Source: an uncultured Armatimonadetes bacterium
Lineage (GTDB): Bacteria > Armatimonadota > UBA5829
Length of the DNA: 64,000 nucleotides
Direction of reading: 5' to 3'
NCBI GenBank assembly: GCA_963711155.1
Contig: CAVQDB010000004.1
Span: 336,486-400,485 of the forward strand
Part shown: in pieces, positions 57,172 to 64,000 of the stretch
Numbering within the stretch: position 1 is the first letter of the stretch
How the letters are laid out: every line of letters begins with the position of its first letter
Notes under the pieces: generated by a model
Told to the model about the DNA's origin: nothing
Database searches by the model: none
What the model saw: only the letters and a program-made list of their open reading frames with translations
Program-made: the position numbers and the translations under genes

Positions 57172-59190
57172 ATGCCAAGACTTACACAACAAAAACTCGA
57201 GGCCCATCTGATGGGCGCGGCGAATATCTTGCGCGGGCGAACTGCCGGGCAGGACTACAAGACGTATATACTGACCCTGATGTTCTTCAAGCGTCTCTCG
57301 GACCAGTGGGACTATGAGGCTGAGGAGAAGATTCGGGAGATGGAGGCGCAGCGGGGCGAGCCATTTACGGATGCCCAGCGGAACGCGCTGCTGGCTACCG
57401 GCAACGTCCATCGGTTCACCATACCGGATGAATGTCATTGGCGGGATGTTCTCCGGCACTCCGAGAACATCGGTGAATGGCTTACCAAGGCGACAAAGGG
57501 CATCGCGACCGCGAATCCCGAGCTTATCGGCGTGTTCACGGTCGATTGGAACCAGCCCGCTCCCGATGGTCAGGGCAAGCTGATAGCCAATCCCGTCGTA
57601 AGCGCGCTGGTGCAGCACTTCAACGAGCTGAATTTGTCCAGCGAGAACGTCGAGCCCGATCTTCTTGGCCGCGCCTATGAATACCTTATCAAGTACTTTG
57701 CCGACGACGCCGGCGCGAAGGCGGGCGAGTTCTTTACGCCACCCGAGGTCGTCGATATTCTCATCCGCTGCCTTGAGCCTCAGCCTGGAGAGACGGTCTA
57801 TGACCCGACATGTGGCTCCGGCGGCATGCTTGTGCATTCGGCGGACTTTCTGAAGGAGCACGGATACAGGCCGGACCAGGTTCAATACTTCGGTCAGGAG
57901 ATGAACTGGTCTACCTACGCCATCGCCAGAATCAATATGATCCTGCACGGGCTTGAGGCAAAGATACGCGGCGGCAAGAGCACGCTCACCGATCCTCAGT
58001 TCCTGAAGGATGACGGCAGTATAGATCAGTTTGATGTGGTCATCGCCAATTTCCCATTCTCTGATGAGGTCTGGTGGCTGCCAGAAGATCAGCGGACGGA
58101 CGACCAGGTCAAGAAAGCCAAGAAGCAGATGAGCAAGGACGGCTTCCGTGACCCGTATAACCGGTTCACTTTCGGCAGGCCGCCGGCGAGCAACGGTGAC
58201 TTTGCGTTCATACAGCACATCATCGCCAGCGCCAAGAAAGACGGCAGGTGCGGCGTCGTGTGCCCGCAGGGGGTGCTGTTCCGTGGCCAGCCAGAAATCG
58301 AGGAAGAGACCGAGGAACTGGACAAGAACGGCAACCCAAAGATTCGGCGGCGCAAGGCGGATGATGAGTATCTGATCCGCAAGGGCATGTTGGACGCCCG
58401 GATGATCGACTCCATTATAAGCCTGCCTCTTAATGTGTTCTATGGAGCCGGTGTGCCCGCGTGCTTGCTGATTCTCAACAAGAACCGTGCTAAACGCGAG
58501 GATAAGGTGCTCTTGGTATATGCGGCGCGGCATTACCAGGAGCTTTCCGCCCAGAACAAGCTCCGTCCGCAGGACATAATGCGCATTTTGGTCCATTACC
58601 ACGCCTATGGTGACCCCGCGAAGGCCGCGCCGCTTGTGGAGTATCATCGCGACAGACTACACGGCATAGTGACTACTAATGAGGAAGAGGATGTCGCCAG
58701 GGTGTGGACCGAGTATGAGGAATTTGCCGCGAAGCTCGGTGAGTTCGAAGATGAGTTGGCCAAGGTAGACTCTCAGATCGCGGCGGAATCACGCAAGACT
58801 GAGCGAGCCAAACTCGAAAAGACAAAGGCACGGCTGGAAAAGCAGGCGGACAGGCCCAGAAAGAAGCTGGAGGAGCGTGACGACCGCATATCAGAGACTC
58901 GCAAGCGTGCCGAGGAAGAGCGCCAGGCGATACATGCCGTCGGCGCGGAGTTGATAGCCCTATACAATGATCCGGCGGAACTGGCGAAGCACGCCCGCGT
59001 TGTGGATATGGAAGAAATCGACGAAAACGAGCACAACCTCAACATCCCTCGTTACGTGGACACCTTTGAGCCGGAAGAGCCGATTGATGTGAATAAGGCT
59101 CTGGCTGAGTTGGACACTGCCGAGGACGAACGGCTGAAGGCAGATACCCATCTGCGGAAGCTGCTTGCGGAGGTAGGGTATGCAGGTTGA
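57172..59190 (+). CDS. hsdM: Type I restriction-modification system, methyltransferase subunit
   Basis: MPRLTQQKLEAHLMGAANILRGR...DYKTYILTLMFFKRLSD (HsdM_N); GEFFTPPEVVDILIRCLEP...VYDPTCGSGGMLV; DVVIANFPFS (an NPPF-type motif, here NFPF). A long C-terminal coiled coil follows. The ORF is intact. Confidence 0.92.
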   Translation: MPRLTQQKLEAHLMGAANILRGRTAGQDYKTYILTLMFFKRLSDQWDYEAEEKIREMEAQRGEPFTDAQRNALLATGNVHRFTIPDECHWRDVLRHSENIGEWLTKATKGIATANPELIGVFTVDWNQPAPDGQGKLIANPVVSALVQHFNELNLSSENVEPDLLGRAYEYLIKYFADDAGAKAGEFFTPPEVVDILIRCLEPQPGETVYDPTCGSGGMLVHSADFLKEHGYRPDQVQYFGQEMNWSTYAIARINMILHGLEAKIRGGKSTLTDPQFLKDDGSIDQFDVVIANFPFSDEVWWLPEDQRTDDQVKKAKKQMSKDGFRDPYNRFTFGRPPASNGDFAFIQHIIASAKKDGRCGVVCPQGVLFRGQPEIEEETEELDKNGNPKIRRRKADDEYLIRKGMLDARMIDSIISLPLNVFYGAGVPACLLILNKNRAKREDKVLLVYAARHYQELSAQNKLRPQDIMRILVHYHAYGDPAKAAPLVEYHRDRLHGIVTTNEEEDVARVWTEYEEFAAKLGEFEDELAKVDSQIAAESRKTERAKLEKTKARLEKQADRPRKKLEERDDRISETRKRAEEERQAIHAVGAELIALYNDPAELAKHARVVDMEEIDENEHNLNIPRYVDTFEPEEPIDVNKALAELDTAEDERLKADTHLRKLLAEVGYAG

Positions 59191-60452
59191 GTGTTTTCCG
59201 AATGTGCCCAGCGATTGGGAGCAACGGCTGTTTAGCAAGCTTGCGGATGTAAACCCCCGCTATCCGATCCAGAAGGACCACGAGTATCCATTTGTTGAGA
59301 TGGCTGCAGTCGAGGAAGACTTCGGTGGCATCTCCGGTTTCGACAGGCGGAGAGCCGAATCCTCGGGACTGGCCAAGTTCGCTCTCCACGACACGATATT
59401 CGGCAAGATCACGCCGTGCGCTGAAAACGGGAAAGTGGCATACGTTGATCGCCTGCCAGGTGACTACGGCTTGGGCTCCACGGAGTTTATAGTGCTGTTC
59501 TCCGAAGAACGGCTGCGATTCCAGATACCTGTATGCCCTTGCTTGCTCGAATCCGGTGTTGGGACGCGCGATCTCTAGGATGGAGGGCTCGACCGGGCGC
59601 TTGCGTGTGAAGGAAGACACTTTCACGAAATGGCTTTTGGTACCATGTCCCCCGCTCCCGAGCAGGCCTCGATAGCGCGCATCCTGGACGCGGCAGACAG
59701 CGCCATCGATTCCACTCACAAGGCCATTGAGAAAGCTCAGAGGGTGAAGAAGGCGCTGATGCAGAAGCTGCTGGGAGATGCCCACTTGCCCGTCCGCAAA
59801 ATGGGAGCGTTCATTGCGGACATTAGCTATGGCACCTCCAAGGCGTCCAATGACAGGACGCACGGATACCCTACTCTTCGGATTCCGAATGTGGTGGGTG
59901 ACACGATTGACACAACCGATCTAACATACGTTGAGGTATCAGGTTCTGAGCGGCGGAAGTATAGCCTATATCCCGGTGACCTTCTTCTGGTGCGCACGAA
60001 TGGCAATCCTTCATACATTGGTCGCTCCGCAGTCTTCTCGCACAAGGACAATGAAACTTGGCTTTACGCATCATACCTGATTCGGGTTCGATTCTCAGAC
60101 GAGTTGCGGCCTAAGTTTGTCGATGAGTTCCTTAAGTCCGAGCGTGGTCGCAGGGAGTTGTTCCGAAGAGTCACGACATCAGCCGGCAATTACAATATAA
60201 ACACCCAGAGCATCAAAGCAATACCAGTGCCGCTGTTCGATCCCGATCAACAGGATCGAATTGTGGGTTTGACGGATGCCGCGAATGAAGAGCTAAGAAC
60301 ACTGGCAAAGCAGGAGTCTGTGTTGCTACAGTCTCAAGCGCGGCCTCATGCAAGACCTTCTCACAGGCAAGGTGCGAACTGCGGCAATCGCCGAGAGAAT
60401 CCTCGCAGGCGCGGAACCGGCGCTAGCGGAGATCGGAGGGGTGAAGCCTTGA
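59180..60452 (+). CDS. hsdS: Type I R-M specificity subunit; about 3 apparent frameshifts (near 59495, 59655 and 60330)
   Basis: TRD1: ...LAKFALHDTIFGKITPCAENGKVAYVDRLPGDYGLGSTEFIVL. Central helix: PEQASIARILDAADSAIDSTHKAIEKAQRVKKALMQKLL. TRD2: ...TLRIPNVVGDTIDTTDLTYV...GDLLLVRTNGNPSYIGRSAVF.... Tail: LKRGLMQDLLTGKVR. Confidence 0.85.
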
Positions 60453-63400
60453 CCGAGCAAGGATATGTGGAGAAGCCCATACTGGAATGGCTCGCAGGGA
60501 ATTTGGATGATCCCACCGACCTCGGGATGGGCTGGACCTATCGCTCTCCTGAGATGATGGAGTCCTACGGCAGGAACATCACCGATCCGCTCGTAGAGGC
60601 CATCCTCATTCCCGCCATAATGCGGATCAACGACAGCGTGAACACCGAGGATCAGGCACGGAAAGTCATCAGCGTGTTTCGCAGAATAATGGCCGCGCCC
60701 GATTTGCTGACCGCGAACAGGGAAACCCTGTCTGCGCTCGCCGATGGCATTTCTGTGGTTCTGAGCCCCGGCGAGGACGCGACGACAGTTAGGCTGATCG
60801 AGTCCGATCCCTGCAAGCGTGACCTCAACGATTTCACCGTGACCAACCAGTACCCAGTGAAGGGCACGAAGACCTGTAAGGCGGATACTGTGCTGCTGGT
60901 GAATGGCATACCGGTAGTGGTCGCCGAGTACAAGAGCTATATATCCAGCTCGCACGATTGGACCGAAGGGGTACGGCAGGTGCACAGATACCAGCGCGAA
61001 GCTCCGGCGCTCCTGGCCACGAACATATTCTGCGTGGCGGCGGATGAGCAGGAATTCCGCTATGGCGCGGTGGCGTTCGCGCCGGATTCCGAGAAGGCGA
61101 TCAGTGCCCAGATGGAGTACTGGAACCCCTGGCTCAGCCAGTATCCCAAGACGGAACTATACTGGACACTGCCAGAAGGAGAACGTGACGACGACAAAGT
61201 GCGCGCGGCGGCCCACGGCCTGCTGCTGCCGGGCAATGTGATCGACTTCATCGAGAACTTCGTCGTGTTCGAGACCAGCAAAGGCAAGACCGTTAAGAAG
61301 ATCGCCCGGTATCAGCAATTCGAAGCCGCGAACGACATTGTGGACCGGGTGCTCGATGGCAGCCACAAGACCGGCCTTATCTGGCACACGCAAGGGTCAG
61401 GCAAGAGCCTCACGATGGTTTATGCCGGTTATAAGCTACGCCGGCAGACCGCGCTGGACAATCCCACAGTGTACATAGTTGTCGACCGCACGGACCTCAA
61501 GACCCAGATAGCCGATGAGTTCGAGTACCGTGATTACCCAAACGTGGTGAAGGCGATGGGCGTGCGAGATCTGAAGAGCAAGATCGCCGGGGACAGGCGG
61601 GAGACAATCGTCACTACCATCCAGTGCTTCCAGGCAATGAACGATCTTCAGCCGAACCTGCGCCACAACATCATCATGATGATAGACGAAGCTCACAGGA
61701 GCCAGAAAGGCGGCTCTGGCTTGCGCGGCGGGCGCGATCAGGCGGCAAGCTTCGCCATGACGATGCGCGCCAAGATGCCGCACGCATTCCGCTTCGGCTT
61801 TACCGGCACCCCGATTGATCGCACGATGGTCAACACTCACCGAGAGTTCGGCCCGATCGTCGATGGGGAGCAGGAGAGGTATCTCAGCTACTATGGCATT
61901 CGACAATCCATCACCGACGGAGCCACGCTGGAAGTCCACTACAAGCCGAGTTACATCCCCGTCAGGGTAGACGAAAAGCCGCTCAACGTATCGTTCGAGC
62001 AGATGTGCACGGAAATGGAGCTTGAGGACGAGGAAGAGAAAGACTTCTTGCAGCGCAAAGAGGCCCGATGGAAGGCGCTGGTCAAGGATAGCCGACGCAT
62101 CAAAGAGGTGATTTCGCACATGGTGGAGCATTTCCTTGAGCATCCTGATCCCAATGGGTTCAAGGCGCAACTTGTCACCATCGACCGCGAAGCGTGCTCC
62201 ATGTATAAGGACGAGATCGACGCCCAACTAACGGCGGCGGGTTATCCGGCACAGTGGTCGGATGTCGATTATCTCGGAGGGCCAGAATGACCCACCGGAA
62301 CTTGAGCGGTTCCATTACTCGAAAGAGAAGACCGAGGACATCATCACCCGCTTCAAATTGACGCCGGCGCAGTTCGAGAAATACAACCGGGAAAAGCACG
62401 GAGAAGACAGATCCAAGTGGGAGACTCCGCTCAAGATTCTCATTGTCTGCGACAAGCTGCTCACCGGCTTCGACGCCCCGATTGAGCAGGTGATGTATCT
62501 GGACAAGCCTCTGCGCGACCATAATCTGCTTCAAGCAATTGCGCGCACGAATCGACCGTTCCCCGAGATGGGCAAGCGCGACGGCTTGATCGTGGACTAC
62601 TTCGGCGTGTTCAACGACCTTGAGAAGGCGCTCAACTTCGACAAGAGCATCCGCGAGGAAGCCGTTATCGACTGGGACAAGCTCCGCGAAGAGGTGCCGA
62701 TTCAGGTCGGACAGTGCATGGGGTTCTTTCACGGCATCAAGAAGGAAGATACCCGCCAGTGCCTGCTGGAATGTCTGCGCAGGCTTGCCGACGAGGAGCG
62801 GGCTCGACAGTTTGAAACGCAGTTCAAAAGGTTGGAAGTGCTCTGGGAAGCGTTGTCGCCGGATGAGTGTCTGTATGACTACCGGTTCGACTACGCCTGG
62901 CTGTGCGGCATCTACATCGCACACCGTCGGCGGAATCGGCGGGCGCTGGCGTCACACGAGGAACTGGCGGCAAAGACTCGCGAGCTTATCCGGCAGCATA
63001 CAACGTTCATGGACATAGCCGAGGATGTGCCTGTCTACAGGATCGACCAGGATTACCTGGTCAAGGTGACGGAACTGAAGTCACCTCAGGACCGCGCTGC
63101 CGAGTTGCAGAAAGCACTGGAGCGGGAACTGGTGGAAGGTGGGGGATTCCTCTATAAGCTACTGGGCGAGCGTCTGAAGAAAGCCATCGACAAGAAGGAG
63201 GCCGACGATCAGGCTGCGCTCAGGTTCATCGAAGAGGCCGAGGCCATAGTTGCTGAGATCAACGAGGCCAAACAAGAACCTGCCCGCCTTGGCCTGACTG
63301 GCACAGGTGAGTTCGAGGTGTTCCAGGTGATCCACGAGTTTGCGGCGGACAAGGACGAGCAGTTGTGCGTCAGAGCGGCGAAATCCATGCCGGATCAGCT

Positions 63401-63587
63401 CAGCAAGAAACAGCTCATGCCGAAAGGTTGGGCCAATACAGTCGGTGGACGGCAGAACGTAAGCCTCGCCCTACAGGTGGCATCGTGGGACCAGGAGTTC
63501 GAGAAACTGAATCTCTGCCCGACCGACCAGGCAGATCCCCCGTTCCTGCAAGCCGCTGTTGAGGAACTGGCGAGGGTTTCTGAATGA
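60449..63587 (+). CDS. hsdR: Type I R-M restriction/helicase subunit; 1 apparent frameshift near 62270
   Basis: TTG start after GGAGGGG, overlapping the hsdS stop. (M)TEQGYVEKPILEWLAGN...; nuclease region ...KADTVLLVNGIPVVVAEYKS; helicase motifs IWHTQGSGKSLTM, MMIDEAHRSQ, FGFTGTP; after the frameshift, ...ILIVCDKLLTGFDAP...LLQAIARTNR. Confidence 0.9.
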
Positions 63588-64000
63588 ACTTGCTCACGGA
63601 CGACAAACGATGTGTGGAGCTAGGCGGCAGGCAAGTCGAGTATGGCATCCGTCACTCACGACAGGCGAAGCGTCTACGGATAAGAGTGAACCCCGGTGGC
63701 GTTGAGGTAGTGCTTCCGAAGGGCAAAGACGCTCAGCAGGCAGACGATTTCGTCGTAAACAACGCAGCGTGGGTATTGGACCAGATCGAGTATATCAACC
63801 GCAGGGGTAGCATTCTGAGACCGAAACCGGATAGCGACCTGCGGACAATCCTGTTCTACGGACTTGAGACGCCGGTGAGGGTGACGGAAGAAGAGTCTAA
63901 CAGGCGTTTCGGAATCGTGCAACAGGTTAGGAAGCACATCAGAGTGCGTGTCCCCAATGGCGGGAGCATCGACCCTAACCGCTCATTAGAGTCCTGGCTT
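63584..64000 (+). CDS. YgjP-like / DUF45 (M48-type) metal-dependent hydrolase, 5' part (runs off the window)
   Basis: My own translation: MNLLTDDKRCVELGGRQVEYGIRHSRQAKRLRIRVNPGGVEVVLPKGKDAQQADDFVVNNAAWVLDQIEYINRR.... An ATGA overlap joins it to the hsdR stop. This family frequently accompanies type I R-M operons. Confidence 0.65.
   Translation, partial: MNLLTDDKRCVELGGRQVEYGIRHSRQAKRLRIRVNPGGVEVVLPKGKDAQQADDFVVNNAAWVLDQIEYINRRGSILRPKPDSDLRTILFYGLETPVRVTEEESNRRFGIVQQVRKHIRVRVPNGGSIDPNRSLESWL

Noticed and set aside
57118-58647. 509-aa minus-strand ORF inside hsdM. The same applies to 61436..62227 and 60326..60985 inside hsdR, 52084..53070 inside the serine recombinase, and 38945..40027 opposite the portal
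   Set aside because: All are antisense to genes with strong family motifs and have Leu/Arg/Gly-rich nonsense composition. They are high-GC shadow ORFs.
60081-60100. tRNA T-arm-like string GGGTTCGATTCTC
   Set aside because: It lies inside hsdS coding sequence (…YLIRVRFSDE…). No acceptor or anticodon arms can be drawn around it, so it is a coincidence. I found no convincing tRNA, rRNA or CRISPR array anywhere in the window.

Overview
High-GC DNA (about 60% by eye). Coordinates 1 to ~53.8 kb are one contractile-tailed, myovirus-like prophage whose start lies beyond the window edge. Its structural and replication genes run on the minus strand: fibre and baseplate (1-12.3 kb), tail (14.5-23 kb), head (24-30.4 kb), a giant MuF polyvalent protein, portal and large terminase (33.7-42.2 kb), and a terS-like gene plus primase-helicase (43.6-47.3 kb). 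The plus strand then carries two orphan genes, an ECF-type sigma factor, a holin-like gene, an M15 endolysin and a DUF2924/large-serine-recombinase module (47.7-53.8 kb). From 54.2 kb to the window end there is a lower-GC operon: XRE, ImmA, a membrane protein, an MBL hydrolase, hsdM, hsdS, hsdR and a YgjP-like gene. Five accessory cassettes interrupt the structural operons, most of them visibly lower in GC. The central one (30.6-32.8 kb) is my best candidate for an undescribed system: a SieB-like membrane protein, an exported SNase-fold protein with a degenerate active site, and a miniature K+ channel. Other notable signals are a 36-nt promoter-like motif repeated five times at the heads of minus-strand operons, an iteron/palindrome origin-like structure inside the primase 3' end, and a canonical T_TTT_TTA -1 frameshift site in the tail chaperone. 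Dozens of apparent 1-nt frameshifts split otherwise recognisable genes, caused either by assembly indels or by prophage decay. Many coordinates are therefore merged reconstructions across several track ORFs and are approximate. All family calls rest on motifs recognised by eye; no searches were run.
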